Assembly (NCBI GenBank): GCA_029210645.1
Contig: JARGFT010000002.1
Span: 40,016-104,015 of the forward strand
Length of the DNA: 64,000 nt
Reading direction: 5' to 3'
Source of the DNA: Anaerosomatales bacterium
Lineage (GTDB): Bacteria; Actinomycetota; Coriobacteriia; Anaerosomatales; SLCP01
The notes under the pieces were generated by a model. It did no database searches. It was not told the origin of the DNA and saw nothing but the letters and a program-made list of their open reading frames with translations. Both the position numbers and the translations under genes were made by a program. This document shows, piece after piece, positions 15,566 through 24,626 of the stretch (positions within the stretch are counted from its first letter, which is position 1; every line of letters begins with the position of its first letter).

Positions 15566-16731
15566 GAAGTAACAATCTCCCTCAGGGCACGCAGTGCAAG
15601 GCCGATGTGCTCGCTGGTGTTGCCCCACCCCACGCCGAGACGCACCGCCCCGCAGTCCACCGTGCCGATGGTGCGATGTGCCCAGGGCGCGCAGTGCAGA
15701 CCGGCTCTGGCGGCAATACCGTACGTGCGGTCGAGCGCGAAGGCGATCCTGTCTGCCTCCAACCGCTCGTGCACCGCACTGACGATCGGCACGCGCGGCG
15801 CGCCGGCCGGAGGGCCGAGCACACGGAAGCCCTCAATCTGTGAGATTCCCTCGATGAGCTGGTACACGAGTTCCGTCTCGCGACGGTGCTGTCGAGCGCC
15901 CTCGGCGATAAGGAACGCAGCTCCCGCTCCGAGGCCGACGATACCCGGCGTGTTGGCGGTTCCCGCCTCGTAGCGATCGGGGCGCTCGATGGGCATGTCG
16001 GGGGACTCTGATCCCCCGCCGCCGGTCCCGCCCTCCACCTGTGTCCGGACGTCAAGGTCGGGAGAGAGGTAGAGCAGGCCCACCCCCTGCGGCCCGAGCA
16101 TGCCCTTGTGACCGGAGGTCGCGTACGCGTCGACCCCGAGAACACCGATGTCCACGTCGACGTGTCCCGCTCCCTGGGCACCGTCCACAAGCATCAGCGC
16201 GCCGTGCTCGTGCGCGATGTCGGCGAGGTCTCCGATGAGCTGAATGGTGCCGGTCAAGTTCGACGCATGCTGACAGACGACCGCGCGCGTCGGCGCCGCG
16301 CGGACCTCGCGCTCCACGTCATCGGGATCCACGAGTCCCGTGCGGTCGCCTTGCACGACAACCACCTCGATACCCGTCCGTGCCAGGTGCTCGAGCGGCC
16401 GCGCGACGGCGTTGTGCTCCATCGACCCGACGACGACCCGGTCACCAGGCTTCAGCGTCCCCTTGAGCATGAGGTTGCAGCCTGCCGTACAGCTGGGCTG
16501 GAAGATCAGGTCGCTGGAGTCGGGGACGCCGAGCAGCTCTGCGCACGTCCGCCGGGACTCGAAGATGGCGCGCGATGCCGCGAGCGCCATCGCGTACGCG
16601 CCACGTCCCGGGTTGCCGCCGAGATCGGTCAGAGCACGGGTGACCGCATGAACGACCTGTTCGGGCTTCGGCCAGGACGTCGCGCCGTGATCGAGGTAGG
16701 CGACCGGCCGTGGGGAGCTGGATGCGGGCAC
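15562..16731 (-). CDS. class-V aminotransferase: cysteine desulfurase / selenocysteine lyase family
   Basis: PLP-lysine block ATSGHKGMLGPQGVGLLY. N-terminal YLDHGATSWPKP. Conserved HASNLTG and a late Cys (GLHCAPWAH). Confidence 0.88.
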   Translation of the reverse strand: MPASSSPRPVAYLDHGATSWPKPEQVVHAVTRALTDLGGNPGRGAYAMALAASRAIFESRRTCAELLGVPDSSDLIFQPSCTAGCNLMLKGTLKPGDRVVVGSMEHNAVARPLEHLARTGIEVVVVQGDRTGLVDPDDVEREVRAAPTRAVVCQHASNLTGTIQLIGDLADIAHEHGALMLVDGAQGAGHVDVDIGVLGVDAYATSGHKGMLGPQGVGLLYLSPDLDVRTQVEGGTGGGGSESPDMPIERPDRYEAGTANTPGIVGLGAGAAFLIAEGARQHRRETELVYQLIEGISQIEGFRVLGPPAGAPRVPIVSAVHERLEADRIAFALDRTYGIAARAGLHCAPWAHRTIGTVDCGAVRLGVGWGNTSEHIGLALRALREIVTS

Positions 16732-17220
16732 CTAGTGCCCCCCTCCGGCCATCATCTCGACGGCATGCTCCAGCTGGTCGGCGATGAAACCGAATGACTC
16801 CCGGGCAGCCTTCTCGCTGCCCGGAAGGTTGACGATGAGCGTCGTGCCTCGCACACCCGCGGTCCCCCGCGAGAGCATCGCTCGCGGCGTGACCGCGAGA
16901 CTCTGTGCGCGGATGTGCTCGGCGATGCCGGGCGCGCGACGACCGGCGACCCTCTCGGTCACCTCGGGAGTGATGTCGCGCGGGCTGAAACCGGTGCCGC
17001 CACAGGTAAGCACGACATCGGCGTTGATGGCATCGGCCATCTCGATGAGCGCCTCGGCGATGCACGACTCCTCGTCGGGGCAGATGGTGTAGGCGACGAC
17101 CTCCCAGCCGCGCGCGGCGATGAGATCCTTGAGCGCCGCACCAGCAGTGTCCTCTGCCTCGGAGCGCGTGTCGGAGCAGGTGAGGATGCCCATTCGCAGC
17201 GGGCGGTCCACGTCACTCAC
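16732..17220 (-). CDS. MogA/MoaB-family molybdopterin adenylyltransferase
   Basis: ILTCSDTRSEAEDTAG..., LTCGGTGFSPRDITPE, LSRGTAGVRGTTLIVNLPGSEKA. ATG 17193 is an alternative start. Confidence 0.85.
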   Translation of the reverse strand: MSDVDRPLRMGILTCSDTRSEAEDTAGAALKDLIAARGWEVVAYTICPDEESCIAEALIEMADAINADVVLTCGGTGFSPRDITPEVTERVAGRRAPGIAEHIRAQSLAVTPRAMLSRGTAGVRGTTLIVNLPGSEKAARESFGFIADQLEHAVEMMAGGGH

Positions 17221-17707
17221 ACCGATCGCAACTGCCGTCGCCGAGCGAGACGACCTCGACGGTGTCGCCCACCGCGACGTCGCCGGGCTGGCGCACCACG
17301 ACGAAGATGCCCTCGCGGGGCATGACGCAGTCGCCGGCCTGGTAGTAGATGGCGCACTTGGTGTGGCACACCTTACCGATCTGGCTCACCTCGAGGACGG
17401 CCTTCTCGCCGACCTTGAGCACGCTGCCCACGGGAAGGGCGGGCAGGTCGATGCCCTCGGTGGTGATGTTCTCGGCGAAGTCCCCCGCCCCGACGTCGAG
17501 GCCCTTGGCGACCATCGAGTCGATGGACTCCTGAGCGAGCAGACTCACCTGGCGGTGCCAGTCGCCCGCGTGAGCATCGCCCTCGAAGCCACGGTCGTAG
17601 ACGAGAGTGCCACTCTGGCCGGGGGTCTTGCGGACCGTCTTCTTCTCGGAGAGGTTCACCGAGACCACCCGGCCGGGCCGGGGAAGCGTGTCGTTCTCGC
17701 CGCTCAT
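17213..17707 (-). CDS. MOSC-domain protein
   Basis: 164 aa; GFEGDAHAG...HRQVSLL...; conserved Cys region [16 protein letters not shown]. Embedded in the Moco operon with overlapping stop and start codons. Confidence 0.75.
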   Translation of the reverse strand: MSGENDTLPRPGRVVSVNLSEKKTVRKTPGQSGTLVYDRGFEGDAHAGDWHRQVSLLAQESIDSMVAKGLDVGAGDFAENITTEGIDLPALPVGSVLKVGEKAVLEVSQIGKVCHTKCAIYYQAGDCVMPREGIFVVVRQPGDVAVGDTVEVVSLGDGSCDRCE

Positions 17708-18234
17708 TCGTCCTCCTTACGGGTCCAGCGGCCTGACGCGCCGCCATCCTTCTCGAGCAGCATGACGTCACCGAGGACCATGCCCCGATCGACCGCCTTG
17801 CACATATCGTACAGGGTCAAGCCCGCAACCGCCGCCGCCGTGAGCGCCTCCATCTCCACGCCCGTGGGCCCGGTGGTCTCGCACGTAGCGGTGATGCGCA
17901 CAGCGGCACTGCCCACGATGTCGGCGGGCGCGGGCTCGGGTTCGAGCTCCACGCTCGCGTGCGTGAGCGCGAGCGGGTGACACATCGGAACGAGATCGCT
18001 CGTGCGCTTGGCGGCCATGATGCCGGCGATCCGCGCGGTAGCGAAGACGTCGCCCTTCGGCGCGCGGCCCACGACGATCATCGCCAGTGTCTCGGGACGC
18101 ATGGTCACGAGCGCCGAGGCGACGGCCCGACGGCGCGTATCGGGCTTGCTGCCGACGTCGACCATGCGCGCCTCGCCCCGCTCATCGAGGTGCGTGAGGC
18201 GCTCGTGGCGTCCAGCGTCGTTCGCAGCGGTCAT
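17704..18234 (-). CDS. moaC: cyclic pyranopterin monophosphate synthase MoaC
   Basis: [27 protein letters not shown]..., [30 protein letters not shown]. Confidence 0.9.
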   Translation of the reverse strand: MTAANDAGRHERLTHLDERGEARMVDVGSKPDTRRRAVASALVTMRPETLAMIVVGRAPKGDVFATARIAGIMAAKRTSDLVPMCHPLALTHASVELEPEPAPADIVGSAAVRITATCETTGPTGVEMEALTAAAVAGLTLYDMCKAVDRGMVLGDVMLLEKDGGASGRWTRKEDE

Positions 18235-18240
18235 CGGAGG

Positions 18241-19263
18241 TCAGCCCCCTATCTGGGACATGCCGCGCGTGGTACCCACGCGCATGCTGTGGCTCTCGGG
18301 TTTGGTGGCGAGTGCGGCCCTGATGACGTCGCGCACATCGGAGTCGGTGCCCTCGCGCAGCACCGTGCGGACGTCGATCTCCTCGTCGGAGAAGAGGCAC
18401 GCGCGCAGACGGCCATCGGCAGTCAGGCGCAGGCGGTTGCACTCGCCGCAGAAGTGGTGCGACAGCGGGGTGATGACACCGACGGTACCCTCGGCACCGG
18501 GAAACCGGTAGTAGCGGGCAGGCCCCCAGCCACCGGGTGCGTCGCCTCGCTGAACCGGCTCGGGCGCCCCGATGCCCGCAGCGACGCCTGCGGCAGTCAA
18601 ACGCTCGAGGATCTCATCGGCAGGCACGTGGTCGGCTTGCGTCCAACCCTCGCTCGCGGGCTCACATTCGCCTCCGCCCACACCGCCTACCGGCATGTAC
18701 TCGATGAAACGCACGTGAACGGGCCGGCCGAGCGTCATACGCGCGAAGCCGAGGAGGTCCTGCTCGAGGCTGCGCACGACAACGGCGTTCACCTTGATCG
18801 GCCCCATACCCGCCTCGAACGCGGCATCGAGCCCCGCGAGCGCGTCGGTGAGCTTGCCGCCACGGGTCACGCGCTCGAAAACGGCCGGATCGAGCGAGTC
18901 GATGGAGACGTTGACGCGCGTGAGGCCTGCTTCGACCAGCGGAACGGCGTAACGCTCGAGCAGCGTGCCGTTGGTGGTCAGGGCGATAGCTTCAAGCCCG
19001 GTGAGCGCTTTGAGGCGCCGCACGTGACCGACGACTCCCTTGCGCACGAGTGGCTCGCCGCCGGTGAGTCGGATCTTCGAGATGCCCTCACTCACGGCAG
19101 CTGCCGCAAACCGCTCGATCTCCTCAAGGGTGAGGATCTCGTCGTGCGGCTTCCACGGCACGCCCTTGGCGGGCATGCAGTAGACGCAGCGCAGGTTGCA
19201 CCGGTCGGTAAGGCTGATGCGCAGGTAGTCGATGCGCCGGCCGTAGGAGTCGGTGGCCATCAC
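18241..19263 (-). CDS. moaA: GTP 3',8-cyclase MoaA (radical SAM)
   Basis: YLRISLTDRCNLRCVYCMP (CxxxCxxC), GEPLVR, and the C-terminal second-cluster motif CGECNRLRLTADGRLRAC. Confidence 0.95.
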   Translation of the reverse strand: MMATDSYGRRIDYLRISLTDRCNLRCVYCMPAKGVPWKPHDEILTLEEIERFAAAAVSEGISKIRLTGGEPLVRKGVVGHVRRLKALTGLEAIALTTNGTLLERYAVPLVEAGLTRVNVSIDSLDPAVFERVTRGGKLTDALAGLDAAFEAGMGPIKVNAVVVRSLEQDLLGFARMTLGRPVHVRFIEYMPVGGVGGGECEPASEGWTQADHVPADEILERLTAAGVAAGIGAPEPVQRGDAPGGWGPARYYRFPGAEGTVGVITPLSHHFCGECNRLRLTADGRLRACLFSDEEIDVRTVLREGTDSDVRDVIRAALATKPESHSMRVGTTRGMSQIGG

Positions 19264-19784
19264 GCATCACCGCCCCTCGCGCCGCCGAGGAAGCGTTCCT
19301 CGATGAGGTCGGCGAGTCCCACTGCATCGTCGAGCGCGAACGTGGGCACGGGCAGACCGCGCAGCTCCTCGACGTCGGTCACCAGCGCGAAGAGCTCGTC
19401 CGGGGCACAGATCGGCTCGGTGGAGCGCTCGGCGCGCACGACCTCCACAAGCACCGGTGAGGTGCGGCGGAAGCCCTCGGTCAACATGATGTCGACGTCG
19501 CCCGCCTCTTCGGCGAGCTCGGGAAGCGTGCGCTCCTGCTCGACCCGGCGGAACACGCCGAGCCGGTCGGGAGCGCTCACCATCGTCACGACGGCGCCGG
19601 CGTTCCAGTGGCGCCACGAGTCCTTGCCGGGCGTGTCGATGTCGGTCTCGTGGAAGTGGTGCTTGGCCGTGGCCACACGGTAGCCCCGCCCGGCGAGCGT
19701 CGCGATGACGCGCTCGAGCAGGGTGGTACGGCCCGACTTTCCCTTACCCACCACCGAAACGACCGGGATACGAAAGTCTGTCAT
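19260..19784 (-). CDS. mobB: molybdopterin-guanine dinucleotide biosynthesis adapter MobB
   Basis: MTDFRIPVVSVVGKGKSGRTTLLERV (P-loop), KHHFHETDIDTPGKDSWRH. ATG 19784 has AGGAGG upstream. The upstream part of the 210-aa track ORF was rejected. Confidence 0.85.
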   Translation of the reverse strand: MTDFRIPVVSVVGKGKSGRTTLLERVIATLAGRGYRVATAKHHFHETDIDTPGKDSWRHWNAGAVVTMVSAPDRLGVFRRVEQERTLPELAEEAGDVDIMLTEGFRRTSPVLVEVVRAERSTEPICAPDELFALVTDVEELRGLPVPTFALDDAVGLADLIEERFLGGARGGDA

Positions 19785-19833
19785 GCGTTGTGAGCCTCCT
19801 GGCGCGGTACCGGCCGCGCCCATCCTATCGGCG

Positions 19834-20049
19834 CTAGAAGCAGCCGAGATCGCAGTTGTAGACCTTGATGCCGACCGAGTCGGCCGCCGCACCCGCCACC
19901 TTGTACGGGACGCCGGTATCCTCGGCGAGCTTGCGCAGCACCGGACAGGTCACCTTGCCCTCGTGTGCCTTGGCCCTGACCTGATCCACGAGCTCCGGCG
20001 TGACCTGATCGAGCCAGCGGGGGTCGATCACCTTGGGTGTGTCGCTCAT
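19834..20049 (-). CDS. small conserved-looking hypothetical protein (71 aa) inside the Moco operon
   Basis: MSDTPKVIDPRWLDQVTPELVDQVRAKAHEGKVTCPVLRKLAEDTGVPYKVAGAAADSVGIKVYNCDLGCF. Its ATG overlaps the moeA stop (ATGA). Three Cys residues, two of them in the C-terminal CDLGCF. Confidence 0.5.
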   Translation of the reverse strand: MSDTPKVIDPRWLDQVTPELVDQVRAKAHEGKVTCPVLRKLAEDTGVPYKVAGAAADSVGIKVYNCDLGCF

Positions 20050-21293
20050 ACGATCCCTTCTTCCATATCGAGTCGGATGACCTCCACCGTGCTGCCCTCG
20101 GAGAAGAAGCCTTCCCCTTCCGGCAGGACGAGAAGGCAGTTGCCGCGGTGTGCCGCGGTCAGCAGCGCTGAGGACTGGCTCCCCGAGAGCGCGACGGAAA
20201 GCGAGCCGTCGTCGAGACGCGTGAGCAGCGCTCGCAGGAAGTAGCGGCGGTCCTGCTTCTTCTTGACGTCGTGGGCCAGTGTGGCGCTCTGGCGCGGACG
20301 GTCGAGCCCGGAGTGGCCTTGCATGTAACGCAGCGACGGGCGCACGAAGATCTCGAATCCGACGAAGGTCGAGGTCGGATTGCCGGGCAGCCCGAAGAAG
20401 GGCACCCCGCTGATAGACCCGAGGGTCTGGGGGTTGCCGGGACGCATGGCGACCTTGCAGAACTCCAGCTCGCCGAGCTCCTCGAGCACCGGCTTGACGT
20501 AGTCGAAGTCGCCGACGCTCACGCCACCGCTCGTGACGATGAAGTCGGCTTCGGAGGCTGCCTGTGTGAAGGCCTCGCGGGTCGCCTCAGGGTCGTCGCC
20601 GAGGATCGGGTAGCGCAGCGGGATGCCACCCGCGGCTATCACCTGCGCGGAGATCGAGTAGGAGTTCGAGTTGCGGATCTTGCCGGGGCCGGGCTTCTCG
20701 GCGACCTCGACGAGCTCGTCGCCGGTTGAGATCACCGCCACCCGGGGGCGCCGGTGGACCGTTGCAGTGGCGTGCCCCGTCGATGCGAGCAGCCCGACGG
20801 CTGCGGGCCCGATCACCTCGCCTGCCTCCAGCACGACGTCACCCGCAGAGACCTCCTCGGCTCGCCGGCGTATGTTCTCGCCCTCGCGGACCTCGCGCGT
20901 GACGTGCACGGTGCCACCGGTCGAGCCGTCCGTCTCGCCCGCCTCGGTGTACTCCACCATCACGACCGCATCGGCGCCTGGAGGGACCGGGGCGCCGGTC
21001 ATGATGCGCGCCGCCTGGCCGGGTCCGACCTCGATCTCGGAGTAGTCGCCGGCGGCGATGTGGGAGATGACCGCGAGCGTGACCGGTGCCCTCTCCGAAG
21101 CGCCGACGAGATCGGTCGCACGCACCGCGTAGCCGTCCATCGCCGAGTTGTCGAAGGGCGCGACGTCTATGTCGGACCGGGCGTCGGCCGCGAGCACGCG
21201 CCCGAGCGATTCGAGCAGCGGCACGTCCTCGGTCTCGAGAACGCGGCAGCGCGCCAGGACCAGGTCGCGAGCTTGTTCCACGGATATCGTCAT
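20046..21293 (-). CDS. moeA: molybdopterin molybdenum/tungsten transferase MoeA
   Basis: 415 aa; FDNSAMDGYAV, STGDELV, IVTSGGVSVGDFDYV, GLPGNPTS. Confidence 0.9.
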   Translation of the reverse strand: MTISVEQARDLVLARCRVLETEDVPLLESLGRVLAADARSDIDVAPFDNSAMDGYAVRATDLVGASERAPVTLAVISHIAAGDYSEIEVGPGQAARIMTGAPVPPGADAVVMVEYTEAGETDGSTGGTVHVTREVREGENIRRRAEEVSAGDVVLEAGEVIGPAAVGLLASTGHATATVHRRPRVAVISTGDELVEVAEKPGPGKIRNSNSYSISAQVIAAGGIPLRYPILGDDPEATREAFTQAASEADFIVTSGGVSVGDFDYVKPVLEELGELEFCKVAMRPGNPQTLGSISGVPFFGLPGNPTSTFVGFEIFVRPSLRYMQGHSGLDRPRQSATLAHDVKKKQDRRYFLRALLTRLDDGSLSVALSGSQSSALLTAAHRGNCLLVLPEGEGFFSEGSTVEVIRLDMEEGIV

Positions 21294-22711
21294 TCTGCGT
21301 CCTCATCGGTCGTGTCGGTCGTGATGCGGCCGGGATGGGTGTAGACGGTTATCTTGCCGCCGCGCGCGTAGCCTGCAAGCGTGATGCCGAGCTCGCCGGC
21401 TATCTCTGCGGCGAGATCGGTCACGGCGGTGCGGGAGACGACCACCGGCACGCCGGCCTTGGCGGCCTTGACGGCCATCTCGTAGGAGATGCGGCCGGTG
21501 GAGAGCAGGATGGCGTCGCGTGTGGGCACGCGGTCGAGCCAGGCGCGCCCGAGAAGCTTGTCCAGCGCGTTGTGCCTCCCGACGTCCTCCCGCACGAAGA
21601 GAAGCTCGCCATCGCGGGCCAGGCCGCACGCGTGCATGCCGCCGGTGTCACGGTAGGCCGTGGCCGCCCGGGCCATCTGGCCCATGAGGTCGTAGACGAC
21701 CTGACTGTCGAGGCGCAGGTGCGTCTCGATGTGGTCGAGACCGCGCGCGTGGCCCACCGAGGAGAAGGTGATCCCTTTGCCGCATCCGCTCGTGACGTAG
21801 CGTGTCTTGTAGACCATGTCGTCGGGAACCTCTTCGAGCGTCGAGACGTAGACGAGTCCGCGCTTGTGATCGACGTCGATGGAGACAAGGTCGTCCCGGT
21901 TGACCATAAGGCCCTCGGCGACGAGAAAGCCCGCTGCCATCTCTTCGAGGTCCTCGGGTGTGGCCTGGATGGTGGCTACCTCCACATCGTTCATGTGGAC
22001 CGTCACGGGGTGCTCGGAGGGCATGCCACGCGAACGGCGTGTCCCGACCTCGATGACCGAGACACTCACTCGCTCGGTGGCTTCGCGCTCGACGGGGAGC
22101 GCCACGGTCTCCTCGCGCGCCTCGGCGAGCTCCTCGGGCGTGTTGACGTTGAGGAAGCTTCTGAGTTCGGGGTCGACCGAGCGCAACGACTCGATCGGCA
22201 CCTCGACCGCGTTGATCTCGGAGAATATCGCCACCAAGCGTCGCCGGCCGGTTGCCAACACGCGGCGGGCGGCAGGAAGGCACGCCCGCGAGTAGAGCGC
22301 GAGCAGCGGCTCGGGACCCTCCGGGGTCACGGGCATGACGGCATCCGCGCCGTCGCGCGCGTCCCACAGCGCTTGGACAACCGCCTCGGAGAGGTACGGC
22401 ATGTCGGCGGCCACCGCGAGCACCCACTCGTCCGGTGCCTCCTTGAGCGCAGTAACCAGTCCGCCGAGCGGCCCCTGGTACGGAACCTCATCGGTCAGCA
22501 CAGTGACCTCGTCGGCAAGATCGATACCATCGAGGCTCTCGGGCCGGTTGGTCACGACAAACGTGTGAGCGCACACTCGGGTGACAGACTCGACGACGCG
22601 CGCAACAAGCGGGACGCCATCGACCTCGAGCAGCGTCTTGTCGACACCCATCCGCATCGAGCGTCCGCCGGCAAGTACCGCTGCGGTACAGGGAATCCTG
22701 TCTTCAGCCAC
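21290..22711 (-). CDS. fusion protein: MobA (Moco guanylyltransferase) N-terminal domain plus FdhD (formate dehydrogenase sulfurtransferase) C-terminal domain
   Basis: N-terminal AAVLAGGRSMRMGVDKTLLEVDG (MobA). The C-terminal 270 aa carry YVTSGCGKG and DVGRHNALDKLLG (FdhD). GTG start. Overlaps the moeA start (ATGA). Confidence 0.85.
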   Translation of the reverse strand: MAEDRIPCTAAVLAGGRSMRMGVDKTLLEVDGVPLVARVVESVTRVCAHTFVVTNRPESLDGIDLADEVTVLTDEVPYQGPLGGLVTALKEAPDEWVLAVAADMPYLSEAVVQALWDARDGADAVMPVTPEGPEPLLALYSRACLPAARRVLATGRRRLVAIFSEINAVEVPIESLRSVDPELRSFLNVNTPEELAEAREETVALPVEREATERVSVSVIEVGTRRSRGMPSEHPVTVHMNDVEVATIQATPEDLEEMAAGFLVAEGLMVNRDDLVSIDVDHKRGLVYVSTLEEVPDDMVYKTRYVTSGCGKGITFSSVGHARGLDHIETHLRLDSQVVYDLMGQMARAATAYRDTGGMHACGLARDGELLFVREDVGRHNALDKLLGRAWLDRVPTRDAILLSTGRISYEMAVKAAKAGVPVVVSRTAVTDLAAEIAGELGITLAGYARGGKITVYTHPGRITTDTTDEDAE

Positions 22712-22759
22712 GTTCTGAGAGGCCTTTCTTCACGGAGCCGGGTATCCGGCACAGCACAT

Positions 22760-22775
22760 TGTAACGTCTGTTACA
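22760..22775. promoter_or_regulatory. perfect palindrome TGTAAC-GTCT-GTTACA (candidate operator, copy 3 of 3)
   Basis: Located in the 91-nt gap between tupC and mobA-fdhD, about 49 nt upstream of the mobA-fdhD GTG. Confidence 0.5.
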
Positions 22776-22802
22776 TGCCTGGCGCTAGCAATGCCCGCCG
22801 GG

Positions 22803-23903
22803 CTAGATGCGCTTGTACCGGACGGCCGAGGCCTTGAAGACGACCTGGACCTTCGATCCGGTCTCCAGGCCCATGTCTCGGACTGACGCGCGCGAGACTC
22901 GCGACGCCAGGCGGCTTCCGCAGATGTCGATGACCATGTGGTACATGACGCCCCACAGCTCGACGTCGACCACGGTGCCCAGGAACCGGTTGCGTGCGGT
23001 CGTAAGCGGGATATCGGCATCGGCCTCGAAGAGAAGTACGTCCTCCGGACGCACGCCGACAATCAGGCGAGACTCGATCTCCTCCAAGCCACCTGCGTAG
23101 ACGACACATCCTCCTGTGTCGATACCGATGAGTCCGTCTGCCGACGAGACCACCGAACCCTGCATCGGGGACTCGGCTCCGAGGAAGTTCGCGGTCCAGG
23201 CGTCCGGGGGCAACCCGGTGACCTCGTCTACCGTTCCTGACGCGACAGGAACCCCGTCGCGCAAAATGACCATGCGGTCGGCGATCGCCATCGCCTCGTT
23301 CTGGTCGTGCGTGACATACAGCGTCGTCATCGAGTGCTCTCTGATGATACGGGCGAAGTCCTGGGCGAGCTGGCCCTTGATGAGGGGGTCGAGGGATGAA
23401 AGGGGTTCGTCGAGCAAGAGAACGCGCGGCCTGAGTACGAGGGCGCGAGCGAGAGCGACTCGCTGCGCCTCGCCACCCGAAAGCGTGAGGGCCGAGCGGT
23501 CCTCCCAGCCCCCCAGGCCTACTCTGTCGAGCGAGTCGGCGACGGCGCTTCTCCGGTCGACCGAGAGCATCCTGCGCAGCTTGAGACCGTAGGCTACGTT
23601 GTCGGCGACCGTGCCCTTGAAAAGGTAGGGGCTCTGGAACGCGGCAGCCATGTGCATGCGGGCTGCCTTGTCGTGATGCGTCACCTTCTTGCCGTCGAGA
23701 TACACCTCCCCTGTATCAGGTGGTTCGAGCAGCCCAAGGATCGAAAGTAGCGTGGACTTGCCCGATCCCGATGGACCGAGCACGGCAAGGGTCTCGCCTG
23801 CCGGGATGTCCAACTCGGCGACATCAACAACTGCGCGCTTGTCGTAGGACTTGCGGATCCCGTTGCACCGCAGAGCCATGCCCGCCTGAGCGTCCTTCAT
23901 CAC
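22803..23903 (-). CDS. tupC: tungstate/molybdate ABC transporter ATP-binding protein with C-terminal TOBE-like domain
   Basis: Walker A GPSGSGKST, signature LSGGEAQRVALARAL, Walker B LLLDEP. The C-terminal roughly 120 aa form a beta-rich TOBE-like region. Confidence 0.8.
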   Translation of the reverse strand: MMKDAQAGMALRCNGIRKSYDKRAVVDVAELDIPAGETLAVLGPSGSGKSTLLSILGLLEPPDTGEVYLDGKKVTHHDKAARMHMAAAFQSPYLFKGTVADNVAYGLKLRRMLSVDRRSAVADSLDRVGLGGWEDRSALTLSGGEAQRVALARALVLRPRVLLLDEPLSSLDPLIKGQLAQDFARIIREHSMTTLYVTHDQNEAMAIADRMVILRDGVPVASGTVDEVTGLPPDAWTANFLGAESPMQGSVVSSADGLIGIDTGGCVVYAGGLEEIESRLIVGVRPEDVLLFEADADIPLTTARNRFLGTVVDVELWGVMYHMVIDICGSRLASRVSRASVRDMGLETGSKVQVVFKASAVRYKRI

Positions 23904-23908
23904 TCCGG

Positions 23909-24613
23909 TCAGCTCCTGTCGAAACGTTCGTTCGAGTGCTGATACCAGGTAAGGAAACCGTTCATCGCGAAGGTGATCGTCATGAGGATCAGCCCGAGTG
24001 CGAGGGCGAGACCGAACTCACCCTTTCGGGACTCCTGGACGATCGCGGTGGTGAGGACTCTGGTCTGTCCCTCGATGTTCCCGCCGACCATCATGACTGC
24101 GCCGACACCTCGAACGACTGCGCCGAAACCGGCCGCGACCGCAGCGATCACCCCCAGGCGTGCCTCCTTCAGCGCAAGCAGAGCCTCCTGGAGCTTGGAT
24201 GCGCCGAGAGAACGGGCCTGCAGGCGCAGCTTGTACGGAACGGAAGCCACGGCCGCGGCGATGAGACCGGCGATGATGGGCGTGGAGATCAGTGTCTGGG
24301 CGATCGACATGGCGTCCTTGGAGTACAGAAGGCCCATGAAGCCCAAGGGACCCTGACGTGAGAGCGTCATCATGACGACAAGACCGATCACCACCGGCGG
24401 GATGGCCATGGCGGTGTTGATCAGAGCAACCGCGAGCCTGCGGCCCCGGAACCGGGTCGCCCCCATGAGAAATCCCATGGGGGCGCCGAGCACGACTCCG
24501 GCAACCGTGGAGGTGATGGCAACCTCGAAGGTGGTCGCGATGACGTTCCACAGTTCCGCTGAACCCTGCAGGAGCAAGGTTACCGCTGTGACGACCGCCT
24601 CGATGAATACCAT
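23909..24613 (-). CDS. tupB: tungstate/molybdate ABC transporter permease
   Basis: Starts MVFIEAVVTAVTLLLQGSAELW... Six hydrophobic segments and an EAA-like loop (ARSLGASKLQEALLALKEARLG). The N-terminal 43 codons of the track ORF overlap tupA and were rejected. Confidence 0.75.
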   Translation of the reverse strand: MVFIEAVVTAVTLLLQGSAELWNVIATTFEVAITSTVAGVVLGAPMGFLMGATRFRGRRLAVALINTAMAIPPVVIGLVVMMTLSRQGPLGFMGLLYSKDAMSIAQTLISTPIIAGLIAAAVASVPYKLRLQARSLGASKLQEALLALKEARLGVIAAVAAGFGAVVRGVGAVMMVGGNIEGQTRVLTTAIVQESRKGEFGLALALGLILMTITFAMNGFLTWYQHSNERFDRS

Positions 24614-24626
24614 GGTTCGCGGGTGC

